A DNA stretch of 27,383 bases from an uncultured Ureaplasma sp. (GCA_902782585.1 CACZNK010000037.1:1-27383); one strand, 5' to 3'. Positions 1 through 12,062 are shown, counted from the first letter of the stretch. Translations and numbers: made by a program. Notes: generated by a model not told the origin, from the sequence alone.

Positions 1-2
1 AA

Positions 3-218
3 AATAGTAAAAGTCTTATAAAAACATATAAAATATTTTCAGTAATCATTATTGTAACAATTGCAATAGTTGCCATATTATTTGTGTTATATGCAAACAA
101 ATGTAAAGTTAAAAAAGAGGATCCTTTCAGGGAAGTAGATGAACTTTTTGAAAATGCGGAGAAACTTGACGAAGAATTTGATGTTGGTTCAGATGAAGAA
201 ATTACTTTCGAGGAGTAA
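3..218 (+). CDS. 3' end of a membrane protein (5'-truncated by the window edge), with a C-terminal TM helix and acidic tail
   Basis: Open frame from the window start to TAA 216-218: ...YKIFSVIIIVTIAIVAILFVLYANKCKVKKEDPFREVDELFENAEKLDEEFDVGSDEEITFEE*. Family not recognisable. Confidence 0.75.
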   Translation, partial: NSKSLIKTYKIFSVIIIVTIAIVAILFVLYANKCKVKKEDPFREVDELFENAEKLDEEFDVGSDEEITFEE

Positions 219-285
219 TGTTGCAAAAAAAGTTGGTTTTTTGAAATTTTGTTAAATTTTGCTCACTTTTTGCAACATTACTCCT
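211..285. repeat. Perfect 19-bp inverted repeat with a 37-nt spacer
   Basis: AGGAGTAATGTTGCAAAAA (211-229) is the exact reverse complement of TTTTTGCAACATTACTCCT (267-285). No clear U-tract follows on either strand, so function is uncertain. Confidence 0.85.
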
Positions 286-454
286 TATAGGTGAGTTAAT
301 TCCACCATCAAGAATATTGTTCATACTTTTTACATTACTATTTTTAAGAAAATTAAACAAAGTTTTTATTTAGAATTAATTTACCCAAATTAAATGTCAT
401 TGATTTTAACTTTGCATAGGTAAATCAGATTTCATTAGTTTCAGGATTAAAACT

Positions 455-476
455 TTTTGAGACTTTACTCTATTTT
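455..476. repeat. Copy 1 of a dispersed 22-bp intergenic element (TTTTGAGACTTTACTCTATTTT)
   Basis: First 18 nt are identical to 27242-27259; 20/22 identical to 22111-22132. Confidence 0.7.
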
Positions 477-615
477 CTTACTAATTTATTTTATAAACTA
501 CTTAATTTGTGTGTTTCTTAGAAAAGAGTATTTAATCATTTACTTATGGTAAAGTATATATTATTATTTTTTTATAATCTAAATTAAAATTCATGGTAAA
601 ATATTTATTACAAAT

Positions 616-2133
616 ATGCAAAATAAGAGAGTTCTATTAGCAATATTGGATGGGTTTGGTTATTCGCCTAAAAATAATGGTAATGCTATTTGTTTGGCAA
701 AAACACCAAATATTGACCAATTATTAGATGAATTTCCTTGTGAACTTGTTAGCGCTTCAGGTGAATCTGTAGGTTTACCAATTGGTCAAATGGGTAATAG
801 TGAAGTTGGGCATATGAATATGGGTGCTGGAAGAATTGTTTACACAGGATTAGGTTTAATTGATAATGCAATTAAAACGCATCAATATTGATCAAATAAA
901 GCATTTTTACAAGCATTTGATTATGTAAGAAAACATAATTCTAAACTTCATATCATGGGTCTTGTATCTCATGGAGGTGTTCATTCAAGCTATAATCATA
1001 TTGTTGAATTAATTAAGTTATCTGCTATCAATAATATTCATCCAATTATGCACATTTTTAGTGATGGAAGAGATGTTGATCCACATTCATTTGCTAATGA
1101 TTTAAAAGATTTTGGTAAAGTTTGTGAACAAAATAAAGTAAAAATAGCTACAATTTCAGGAAGATTTTATGCTATGGATCGTGATAAGAGATGAGATCGT
1201 GTTGAATTAGCATATGAAAATATTTTAGGTAAAAGTAAAAATACTTTTAGTAATTTATTTCAATATGTTAATGATTCATATGCTAAAGGTACAAGTGATG
1301 AGTTTATTCTCCCTGCTATAAATTCTAATTACGCAATTGATGATATTTCTTTAAATGATAATGATGCTGTAATCTTTATTAATTTCCGTGCAGATAGAGC
1401 AAGAGAATTAACACACTGTATTTGTTGCTCATCATATTATGATTTTTTACCAGAGCATAGAATAAATAATATTTTTATGGTAACAATGACAAAATATGAA
1501 GGTATGAATGAATCAGCAGTTGCATTTAATCAAGTTGATTTAAAAAATACTATAGGTGAAGTTATAGCTAATCATAACTTATCACAATTACGAATTGCGG
1601 AAACTGAAAAATATGCTCATGTTACATTTTTCTTTGATGGTGGTAAAGAGGTTAATTATAAGAATGAAGAGAAAATTCTAATTCCTTCCCCTAAAGTACA
1701 AACATATGATTTAAAACCAGAAATGTCTGCTAATGAAATTACTGATAATTTATTACCAACAATCGGAAAATATGATTTAACAATATTAAATTTTGCTAAC
1801 CCAGATATGGTTGGACATACTGGTAATTTACTTGCAACTATTAAAGCTATTGAAACTGTTGATACTATGATTGGAAAAATCTATTCCGAGTGTAAAAATA
1901 AAAATGTGACTTTATTTATAATTGGTGATCATGGTAATGCTGAATGTATGTTAGATGATGATAATAACATTGTAACTAAACATACAACAAACCCAGTATG
2001 ATTTATTATTACTGATAAGAATATAAAGATTTCTAAAGATGGTAAATTAGGTAATATTGCTCCAACAATTCTTGAATATATGGGTATTGATATTCCTAAA
2101 GAAATGGATCAACCATCACTAATCAAGAAATAA
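616..2133 (+). CDS. gpmI: 2,3-bisphosphoglycerate-independent phosphoglycerate mutase (505 aa)
   Basis: Three track ORFs join in one frame through TGA=Trp to TAA 2131-2133. Motifs: ILDGFG, GQMGNSEVGH, GGVHS, GRFYAMDRDKRW, NFRADRAR, AETEKYAHVTFFFDGG, NFANPDMVGHTG, DHGNAE. Confidence 0.98.
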
Positions 2134-2138
2134 AATGT

Positions 2139-2918
2139 ATGCAAAATATTATACTTTCAACAAGTAATCAAATTACTAAGTTAGTTAATAAATTGTTTAA
2201 TGATAAGAAATATCGTGATAAGACTAATTTATTTGTGTGTCAGAGCAAAAAAGTTATAAGTTCTTTAATTTCATTAAATTTCAAGCTTAATAAAATTATT
2301 ATTAAACAAAATTCTAAGTATTATGATAAATTTAAAAATTTTACTAATGCTATTATTGTTAATAATCATGTCTATGATTATATGTCACATCAAGAAAATG
2401 GTGATGGTTTAATAGCAATTTTCAGTCAAAAAAATTGAAATAAATCATTAGATATAAATAGCGACACAATTATTTTTGATAATATTCAAAATCCAAATAA
2501 TTTAGGTGCAATATTGAGAATTTGTGCAGCATTTAATATTAATAATCTTATCTTGACTAATAATTCTGTTGATCAATATAACTATAAAGTTATTCAATCA
2601 TCAATGGGTTATGGACTAGATACAAATATTATTATTACAAATAATTTAGCTAAGTCTATTAAAGAACTTCAAAATAAAAATTATATGGTTTATGCTACCG
2701 GTTTTAGTAAAAATGCTATTAATTTAAATACATTAACTAAAAAACCAAAACCTAAAAAAATCGCCATTTTGTTTGGTAATGAAGGTTTAGGATTAAAACA
2801 AAATCAAATGGAACTATGTAACCAAACAATTTTTATTCCCATTAATAAAAAAGTTAATTCATTAAATTTATCTACAGCTACAGCAATTGTTGCTTATTTT
2901 ATTAAAATATGAAAATAA
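2139..2918 (+). CDS. TrmH/SpoU-family RNA 2'-O-methyltransferase (259 aa)
   Basis: Joined across TGA 2436-2438 and 2910-2912; true stop TAA 2916-2918 overlaps the next gene. SPOUT motifs DNIQNPNNLGAILR, FGNEGLGL, IPINKKVNSLNLS. Confidence 0.92.
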
Positions 2919-3853
2919 TTAAGGTTAAACATAATGATGAAAATATTAGATTAGATAATTTTTTATCTAAAACATTCAAATGTTTAAAAAAATCAGAAAT
3001 TTATAAGTCAATAAGAAACAATAAAGTTAAAGTTAATGATAAAAAGGTTAAATTTGATTACCGTGTTAAACTTGGTGATGAAATTAAACTTTATATTAGT
3101 GATGAATTATTAATTAACAATAAGCAACAATATAATATTAATCAAAAGCAAGAATTTTCAATTGTTTATGAGGATTCAAATATTATGATTGTTTATAAAC
3201 CTAAAGGATTATTAGTTCATGCAGATTCAACAAATAATAACACTTTAATTAAACAAGTAATTAGTTATCTAATAAAATCAAAACAATATGATCCAAATAA
3301 TGAAAATTGTTTTGTACCAAGTTTGGTCAATCGATTAGATCGTAATACTGGAGGAATTGTTTTAATTGCGAAAAACCATAGAACTCTAGATTTATTAAAT
3401 GAAAAAACAAAAAACCATGAGATTAACAAGTATTATATTGCTAAGGTTTATGGGATTATTGATCCTAAACAAGCAACTCTAGTTGCTTATTTAACAAAAA
3501 ATAGTGCTAAAAATCTTGTGACTATTACTAAAAAACCAATTAATGATAATTCTAAAAAGATTGTTACAGAATATAGAATGTTAAGTCATGACAATAAAAT
3601 TAGCACTATTGAAATCAATTTATTAACTGGTAGAACACACCAAATACGAGCACATTTTAACTATATTGGATATCCATTAGTTGGTGAAACTAAATATACT
3701 AATAATACTATTGTCAAAACTAATAAATCTAAACATCAGGCATTATGTGCTTATAAAATCATTTTTAAATTTAAAAATAAAAACCATCATTTAGGATATT
3801 TAAATAATAAAACTTTTGTTTTAGATGATAAATTAATTAACATTAACTTATAA
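2909..3853 (+). CDS. RluA-family (RluC/RluD-like) pseudouridine synthase with N-terminal S4 domain (314 aa)
   Basis: RLDNFL S4 start, YKPKGLLVH, catalytic NRLDRNTGGIVL, LTGRTHQIRAH. Confidence 0.95.
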   Translation: MKIIKVKHNDENIRLDNFLSKTFKCLKKSEIYKSIRNNKVKVNDKKVKFDYRVKLGDEIKLYISDELLINNKQQYNINQKQEFSIVYEDSNIMIVYKPKGLLVHADSTNNNTLIKQVISYLIKSKQYDPNNENCFVPSLVNRLDRNTGGIVLIAKNHRTLDLLNEKTKNHEINKYYIAKVYGIIDPKQATLVAYLTKNSAKNLVTITKKPINDNSKKIVTEYRMLSHDNKISTIEINLLTGRTHQIRAHFNYIGYPLVGETKYTNNTIVKTNKSKHQALCAYKIIFKFKNKNHHLGYLNNKTFVLDDKLININL

Positions 3854-3862
3854 TTATGTTAT

Positions 3863-4507
3863 ATGTGTAAAAAACCTGTTGTTTTAATTTGTGTATCTGG
3901 CGGAAGTGGTAGTGGTAAAACAACTGTTGCTGAAGAAATTAAGAAAATTTGTCCAAAGAAAATTAAACTTTTGCATTTAAGTTTAGATCGTTTTTATAAA
4001 AGTAGTTTAAACAACTTGAATATTAATGATTTACATAGCAATGTAAATTTTGACCACCCTAAATCATTTGATTGAGTTTTGATTAAAAAAGTTATTAAAG
4101 ATTTAATAAATCGGAAACCTATTAAAGTACCATACTATGACTATAAAAAATCAAAACGTTTAAATAAATTTGAAACATTTAAAAATTATGATGTTATTAT
4201 TTTTGAAGGTATTTTAACTTTGTATAATGATGAAATTAATAAGTTGGCAAAAATCAAAATTTTTGTTGATACCCCATCTGATGAGAGATTTATAAGAAGA
4301 TTTTTAAGAGATACAAATGAGAGAGGAAGAAATATTAATAATATTATTGAACAATGGAGAACAATTGTTCGGCCAATGTACAATTTGTTCGTTTCTTCTC
4401 AAAAGGCAAATGCAGATATTGTAATTCCTTGATATAAATTTAATACAAGGGCAATAAGGGTATTAAATGCAACAATTCATGAATTATTAAAACCATTAAA
4501 AAGATAA
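3863..4507 (+). CDS. udk: Uridine kinase (214 aa)
   Basis: Joined through TGA at 4073 and 4430 to TAA 4505-4507. Walker A GGSGSGKTT, NFDHPKSFDW, IIFEGIL, RFIRRFLRDTNERGR. Confidence 0.95.
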
Positions 4508-4515
4508 ATTATTAA

Positions 4516-6465
4516 ATGTTTGTTTATTTTCGATATTTAGCTAAAGTAATATTTTCAAAAATACCATTATGATTAATAACAATTGTTGGTTATGTATTTG
4601 CTCTTACATTTTTAATTATTGTTCCTGCACTAACTAAAACATCACCAATTTTAATGTGAAATTTTGATGTAATTAATATTCAAACAATGTTTATAACTGT
4701 TGAAGCAATTAAAAGTGCCTTATTAATTGGTTATGCATTTAAAAGCGATGTTGAAGATGGTTCAGAATTAATAATATATTCTAAACCTTTAAAAAGGATT
4801 AAGATTTTATTACCAAAATTACTATGGATAATTTTAGCTAATCTTTTATTTGATATTGGATATGTATTAATTGGATTATCTACTATGGCATTTGGTAAAT
4901 ATAATGCTATATCTAATCCTTCTGGTATGCAATATGATAAAGTATTATCACTTGTTGGATCATTAATTATTGGCCCTTTTATTGTTGGTCTAATTTTTTC
5001 AAGCTTATCAATGTTTATTGGTAATTTTGGTAACAAATTAAAAATTCTCATTAGTGTTTCTATAGTCGCTATTGTTTTATCTATTTATGATGTTATTGGT
5101 TCTGTTGTTATGTCAAGTAAATCTAAAACTATTACTTCCAAACATGATGGAACTATTAATTCATTTACAATAAGAACTAATGATTTAAAATCTAACAATT
5201 TTTCTTATTACAATACACAACCAGCTGTTGATTTGTATGATATTGATAAAGCAAATCTTGATAAAGGGAATTATATTTATCAAATATTGAATATTAATTA
5301 CCAATTATCTAACTTTTATAGATTATTTAATTTGGATGATGTCAAAACAACACTTGAAGTATCTACATATGGTGAGTATCCAAAATTTAAATCATTTATT
5401 AGAAGTAAAGAAGATAATTTACTTAAATATTTAGAAAATGTGTATAACACATCAAATCAAAATTCATACCCATTTATTATGCCAATATCAACAGATATTT
5501 ATTATGAGAAAAAACTAAAAGACAAATACAATTCATTAGGATTTTTATTTTTAGGACTAAATAGTAGCATTGCATCATGATTGAGATATCTTGGTGCTGG
5601 ACCACATGATATATGATTATCAAATATTACAAAACTATTTGATTTAATGCCTTCAACATATATATCGGATATAAATTTATTAAGTATTAAAGGTAATATT
5701 GTTGAATTTGATACAAATGTATATAACAATATAACACAGAAAGTTTTAACCGATGAGAAATTTACTGAAATTTTTAATGTTAATGATCAAATTAATCAAA
5801 CATATTCACAAAATGCCCAAAAAGAATTTGATCTTTTGTGTTATCAATTTATCGTTGACAACAAAGACAAATATGGTTTTATACTTGGTAATTTAATTAA
5901 CATTAATTTATCAATTGCTAAGATTCAATATAGTATGTTAAAACAATTTTGTATGATTTATTGAACTCAAATTATTCAACAATTAATTAGTGATTCTGAA
6001 TTAAACATTAATAAATATTTAACCAATGAAGATAATAAATTCCAAAACAGTTTTAAAGAAGAAGTAGATATATGAAATCCATATATAGATTCTGAAAAAA
6101 ATAAAATTCAAATAAGTGTAGATAAATTTACTAGATGTTTTTTAGCGTATTCCGGTATAGGACAAATTGATTCTAGTTGAAAAGGTTGAGTTGAAAGAAG
6201 ATTTGCATGCAGTTGTTATGGAATTGATGAATCAGGTAATCCATTATTTGAAAATGATTCAGAAAATAAGAAAAATTATTTTTTTATGTTTCCATGCCAA
6301 TATGTTACTGTATACAATCAACAAGGATATGATATTTCAAAAGTATATTGATACCAAACATCTGAATTTTATACTCATACAAGTACAAGCATTTTTTGAT
6401 GTATAGCAAGTTTTATCTTTTTTGTTGGATCAATGATTACTTATTTAAGAAATGATATTAGCTAA
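4516..6465 (+). CDS. ABC-2-type permease-like membrane protein with a large extracytoplasmic domain (649 aa)
   Basis: One frame from ATG 4516 to TAA 6463-6465 under code 4. Several N-terminal TM helices, an EDGSELIIYSKPLKR motif typical of mollicute ABC-2 permeases, a long polar region, and a final TM ending YLRNDIS*. Confidence 0.75.
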
Positions 6466-7901
6466 TTAATTTGTTTACCAATTAATGAAAAACGATTGCA
6501 AGAAGTAATTTTTACTTTTATAATATCACCTATTTTTGCATGACCAGTAAAATTAACTACTTTTAATTGTGGTGAATAACCACTTAATTTTAAATCATTA
6601 GTTTTACTAATACCATCAACCAAAACATCAAGAGTTTTATTTAAATATTTGTTATTATTTAATTTAGCATATTTACGAACTAATTCATTTAATTTTGCTA
6701 AACGTTTTTGTTTAATATCTAAACTAATTTTATCATTTATTTTTGCAGCTGGAGTACCAACTCTTTTTGAATATATAAAAGTAAAAGCATTGTCAAATTT
6801 TACTTTTTTATAAAATTTAATTGTATTATCAAATTGTTTATTAGTTTCATTAGGGAAACCAACAATAATATCTGTTGTAATTGCACAATTTTTAATATTT
6901 TTGCGTATATATTGAATAATTTTGAAGTAATCTTCAATTTTCATTGCACGATTCATTTTTTTTAATGTATTTTGATCACCTGATTGGATTGGTAAATGAA
7001 TAGCTGGCATAATATTATGATATTTTTTCATTACATCAATAATAGATAAATCAAAATTTCATGGATTACTTGTAGTAAATCTAATACGTGGGATTTTTAA
7101 TTTAGCCACATCAATTAATAAATCTTTAAAATGATACTTTTTAGTTTTAAAATCAATTCCATAAGCATTTACATTTTGACCAATTAGTGTAACTTCTTTA
7201 CACCCATTCTTTTTTAATTGTTTAATTTCATTAATGATATCTTCTTTATTTCGACTAATTTGTTGACCTCGAGTATAGGGAACAATACAATATGTGCAAA
7301 AATTATCACAACCATCCATGATAGATACAAATGCTTTAAATTTATTATCAAGTTGTTTTGGTATTAGTTTATAGTAATTATCATTTTTGTGTTTAATACT
7401 TATAACTTTGACTTTATTTTTGTATATTTCATATACAAATCTTGGTAATTCATCAATATTATGAACACCAAAAGCTAGATCAACTTTTTCATCATTTTTA
7501 ATTTTATTAATAGTATTTTCTAATTGTGACATACAACCAGAAATAGCTAACTTAAAATTTGGATTTATTTCGCGTAATTTGGTTAAAAAACCAATTTCAC
7601 CATAAACTTTATTTTCAGCATTTTGTCTAATGGCACAAGTATTTAGGATAACAAAATCAGCTTTTTCTATATTTTTAGATTGTTTGAAGCCTAAATTAAG
7701 CAAAATTTTAGTCATTATTTGTGAATCAATAACATTGGCTTGACAACCATATGTTTTTATATAAAAATATAATTTTTTGTAAATAGGAAGCTTATATTTC
7801 TTATTAATTTTAAAGTATATTTTCTTGATTTTTTCAGTATTTATATCCCTTTTAGCCTGAGATTTTAAGTCAGGTTCATTGTATATTTTTATATTTTTCA
7901 T
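6462..7901 (-). CDS. miaB: tRNA-2-methylthio-N6-dimethylallyladenosine synthase (radical SAM methylthiotransferase, 479 aa)
   Basis: Joined through TGA 7059-7061. UPF0004 cysteines TYGCQAN, LNTCAIRQNAE, SGCMSQ; radical-SAM CDNFCTYCIVPYTRG; HLPIQSG; TTDIIVGFPNET; C-terminal TRAM domain. Confidence 0.95.
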
Positions 7902-7911
7902 TAGTATAAAT

Positions 7912-7924
7912 ATTATATAATGTA
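7912..7924. promoter_or_regulatory. Palindromic double -10 element (ATTATATAAT) between divergent miaB and lipoprotein genes
   Basis: TATAAT on + at 7916-7921 and on - at 7912-7917, within a 40-bp divergent gap. The same 13-mer recurs upstream of tyrS. Confidence 0.55.
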
Positions 7925-7941
7925 GACAATGAGCTTAATTT

Positions 7942-8748
7942 ATGAAAAGGTTTCATAAACTTCAATTATTACTTTGTTCAGCAATTTCAATTGCACCAGT
8001 TGTTATGTCTACTTCATGTACTCCATCTTATAGAGATAGTATACATGAAGTTAAATTTAATAAAAATGATGAAAACCCAGTAAGCAAAAGTTTAGGTGAG
8101 TGTTCAACTCTTAAAAAATCTTTACAAGATTTGATATGTGGAACAAAGAAATTTCATTCAGGAAATTATATGTTAATTTTTGGTTCTGAATGTAGTCAAA
8201 GTTCTAATAAGTTTTTTTCTGGTGAACCACTTGTAAAGAAAACACATGATGATTATTTTAGACCTGATGCATTTGTAAATTCTATTTTTTATAATTCCAT
8301 CAAAAAACCACAATTTTATAATGCAAGTGTTGATTTTGGTTTAGTTTTATATATTGATATTGAATCTGAAAAAACAGCAAATAAAGATTTATTACGACCA
8401 AATTCTGCAACTTATCGTAAATTTGATGAAAAATGATCTGGTGATGATGTTAAAGAAGCTGAAGACCGTGAAATTAATACTAAGAAAAAGGAGGTAATTG
8501 TTGAAGGTGAATATAAAAGAAAGGATAAATCAGCAGTTACAATGCGTAAACTATTAGATTATTTAACTAAAATGTTTACGCCTGAAGTATTTTCATGTAA
8601 AAGTAGCGAAGATTTACCATACTGTTTAGTTTGAAAAGATGGAATTCCTAGTAAAGATAATTCTAAAAAGATTTCTGGTGATAATTCATTATCAATTGAA
8701 GAATATTTTGATAATGTTCTAAATTTTTGAATTGAAAAAGAACACTAA
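7942..8748 (+). CDS. Lipoprotein, probable thioredoxin-like fold with a CxxS motif (268 aa)
   Basis: Signal peptide ending VVMSTS-C. Reads through TGA 8434-8436 to TAA 8746-8748. YMLIFGSE-CSQS-SNKFF and DLPYCLVWKDG resemble Trx-fold motifs (inference). Confidence 0.75.
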
Positions 8749-8788
8749 ATTATCTAATAAAAATATGTACGTAATTAAATAACAACAT

Positions 8789-9952
8789 ATGAACAAGTGA
8801 ATCAAAAAATCTTTATATGTTTTGTTTGCTTTAGTTTTAGTTGGGTTTATTTGTATCTTTGCAACCCCTTTAAATCATGTAAAAACAATTTCATGTGTTG
8901 GTTCAAGTGGTGTAAAACCATTTGTTGAAGAATATGTTAAAAATAATTTAGACCACAAAAAAATTGACGTTAATGTTGATGCTGGTGGTTCAGGTTTTGG
9001 TATAAACCAAGTTGCTAATAATTATACCAATATTGGAACAGTAAGTAAGAATCCTTTTAATACAGTTAAAGAATCATATAAGTCAAAATGAATTGAAAAT
9101 AAGATAAAAACTATAACCATTGGTTGAGAAGGAATTTGTATTGTTTATATTCCACCAAAAGGAATAAGTAATGATTTAAACTTGAATTCTATTTTAAATT
9201 TAACTCAAGATAACATAACAGATTTATATCGTACATTTTCTGGTTACAAAGATGGGTTAAGTGATGTCAAACCGCATTTATCATTATTTTTAGATGTTAA
9301 TGCTAATTTATCATTATTACCTAATGATATTCAATTATTTAAAAATCAAGCAATAACTCCATATACACGTAGTGGTGGAAGTTTAACTAGTGGTACTGCT
9401 GCTAGTTTTTTTGAATGTTGCCATTTTGATAAATATTTAGATGGATTAAGTGATCGTCAGATTGAGGCATTTAAAAACGGCAATTATGGGAATGATTTTA
9501 AATTATATGATACTGATGAAGCTAATTCACGAGCATGATCAGTTTTTAATAGTAATAAAATTCCAGGTTCAATGATTTATTTATCAGCTAGTTTTGTGCA
9601 ACAGAACTATAACTTAATCAAATCAAATAAATATGGTATTTTGTCATATAACAACATTAAATTTGATGTTAATAAAATTGCTAATGGTTATAATTTTTTC
9701 CGTCCACTTAATTTATTATTAAGTATTGATAATTCAACTGAAATTAAAAAGTTAATTGATGATATTTTATCATATTCATTAGATGTAGGGTTTTTAAATC
9801 TTGGTGCTCAAAAAATTAATAAAGAACAATATAAATCAATGTGTAAAAATACAAATGAAAATTCAACATTTTGAGTTAGTGACCAAGAATTATTAACAAT
9901 TCGTAATGATAGTTGAGATGATGATGGAACTATTTTTGGAGCAATTGAATAA
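8789..9952 (+). CDS. pstS: Phosphate ABC transporter substrate-binding protein (387 aa)
   Basis: One frame under code 4. N-terminal TM, VGSSGVKPF, AGGSGFGI, YTRSGGSLTSGT; first gene of the pst cluster. Confidence 0.88.
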
Positions 9953-9954
9953 TA

Positions 9955-11982
9955 ATGAAAAAAATAATAAATAAAAATGTTTCTCTTGATGCAAAAAAAA
10001 TTAAATTTGATGAATCAATTAAAATTATTACTTCTATTTCTGCATGATTATTTGCATTATTATTTGTTGCATTAATAGGATTTATTATTTATGCATCAAT
10101 TCCAGGTTTTCAATTCTATGGTATTGTTAATATTCTTTTTTCTGGTAAGTATGATTTGAATAAGAATCAAGCAAGTGTATGATTACCAACACTAATTACA
10201 TTACTAACAACATCAATTGCAATTTTGATCGCTTTGCCATTAGGTATTAAAACATCAATATTTATTAAATATCGAATACCAACTAAATTTCAAAAGACAT
10301 TAAGAATTGCAATTGAATTATTAGCAGACATCCCATCTGTTATTTTTGGTTTATTTGCTATTCAAGCAATAGGTAAAATTACTACAGTAATTTTTGGTGT
10401 AGGCACTAATTTTAGTATTTTAACAGCATCATTTATGTTAAGTTTTATGATTCTACCTACTATAGTTTCACTTAATTTAAATGCACTTGATGGTGTAAAT
10501 CATGATTTATTACTAGGTGCTATGGTTTTAGGTAATACAAAAACAAGAGCAATATATAAAGTATGTAAAAAAGAGTGTCGGAATGGCACTGCAACTGGAA
10601 TGCTAATGGCAATTAGTCGTGCTATTGGTGAAACCATGGCAGTAAGCATGATTTTGCAGTCACAAATGTATAGTAATACATTTGATAATGGCTTTATTCA
10701 AATTTTAACAAGTGGTTTAAGAACTTTGGGTGCATTAATCTCTGCTAATATGTTTGCTGAAGCAGGTGGTCCAGCATTACAAGGATTATTATTTGCATTT
10801 GGAATTATCATGTTTATCATGGTTTTAATATTCAATGCAATTGCTATGAGAATAATTAGAAAAAAACAAAATAGAAAAAATAGCAAATGATTACGTATCA
10901 CTAGATATATTAGTAGTTTTGTTTATTTTATTCCAAACACTATTAAGATTCTTTGAGAAAAAATTACTTATCATACAAAAATTGCTAAATCTGATGTTTC
11001 TAAATATGTTAATTCAAGAATAACTAAAAATAAATTTGTTCATATTTATGATTATTGGAAAATATTTTGGGAATGTTTTTCAATGTTTGTAACTTTAGGA
11101 TTTTTATTTTGAATTATTGAAAATATTTTAGTTTTTGGTGTTATTGGAATTACATCTAATTATGCAAGTACTACTGCTTTTAGTAAAGATACAACAGGAC
11201 AAGCAATTGTAAATACAATATTGATTATTTTAATTGCAATATGCATTAGTTTTCCAATTTCATTATTAATAGCAATTTATTTAAGTGAATTTTCTAAAGA
11301 TAGCAAATTAAAAAGAATGTTATTATTCTTTATTGATTCACTAGGAGCAACTCCAAGTATTTTGTTTGGTATGTTTGGATTGATTTTCTTTATTCAAACA
11401 TTAGGATTAACAAGTCAAGGTCAAGCTGGAAAGAGTTTAATTGCTGGTATTTTAACAATCATGATTGTTATCTTACCAACATTTATTCGGACAATTCAAC
11501 AAGCTTTACAATCTGTCCCTAATGAATTAAGAATAAATTCATATGCACTAGGTGCTGGTAAATGAGAAACATTTAGAAAAGTTGTTTTACCAATTGCTAA
11601 GCAAGGTATAAGAACAAGTATTGTTCTTTCAATTGGACGAATTCTTGCTGAAACTGCTCCATTATATTTAACAAGTGGATTAGCAAGTAGTTCATCAATT
11701 TCATTAGTTGGTGAAGGTCAAACATTAACTACAAGAATTTATGCTCAAATATATGAAACAAATATGTTAAAAGCTAATTCAATTATGTATGAATGTGCAT
11801 TTATTACTATGATATTTGTCTTAATAATTATTTTGATTGTACATATAATAATTCCTTGGTATTATAAGTATAAGGCTAAATGTGATAATGATCAGTATGA
11901 GTCAATAAAACGTATTAATAAGGTTAAAAATCAACATGTTAATTTAATTGTAAATGTCAATCAATTAAAACACCAAAATTAA
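9955..11982 (+). CDS. pstA: Fused phosphate ABC permease PstC-PstA (675 aa)
   Basis: No TAA/TAG from ATG 9955 to TAA 11980-11982. Two permease units: IPSVIFGLF...SRAIGETMAV and TPSILFGMFG...GRILAETAPL. Confidence 0.93.
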
Positions 11983-12062
11983 TTCAAAAAAGTTTAAAAT
12001 GTTGTTTATGCTTTTATTAAAGATACAAATAAATATATTTACAATATTATTAGTTAATTAAA

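Noticed and set aside
1-24. Resemblance of AAAATAGTAAAAGTCTTATAAAA to the reverse complement of the 22-bp element
   Set aside because: It needs gaps and mismatches, and it lies in coding sequence.
219-615. Known structured RNAs (RNase P, tmRNA, SRP RNA) or a CRISPR array in the long intergenic regions here and at 18231-18591
   Set aside because: No conserved signature sequences and no regularly spaced repeats were found.
11983-12056. Protein-like continuation of the PstA frame beyond its stop ([23 protein letters not shown])
   Set aside because: It might be an eroded C-terminal tail, but it is too short and AT-rich to distinguish from chance.
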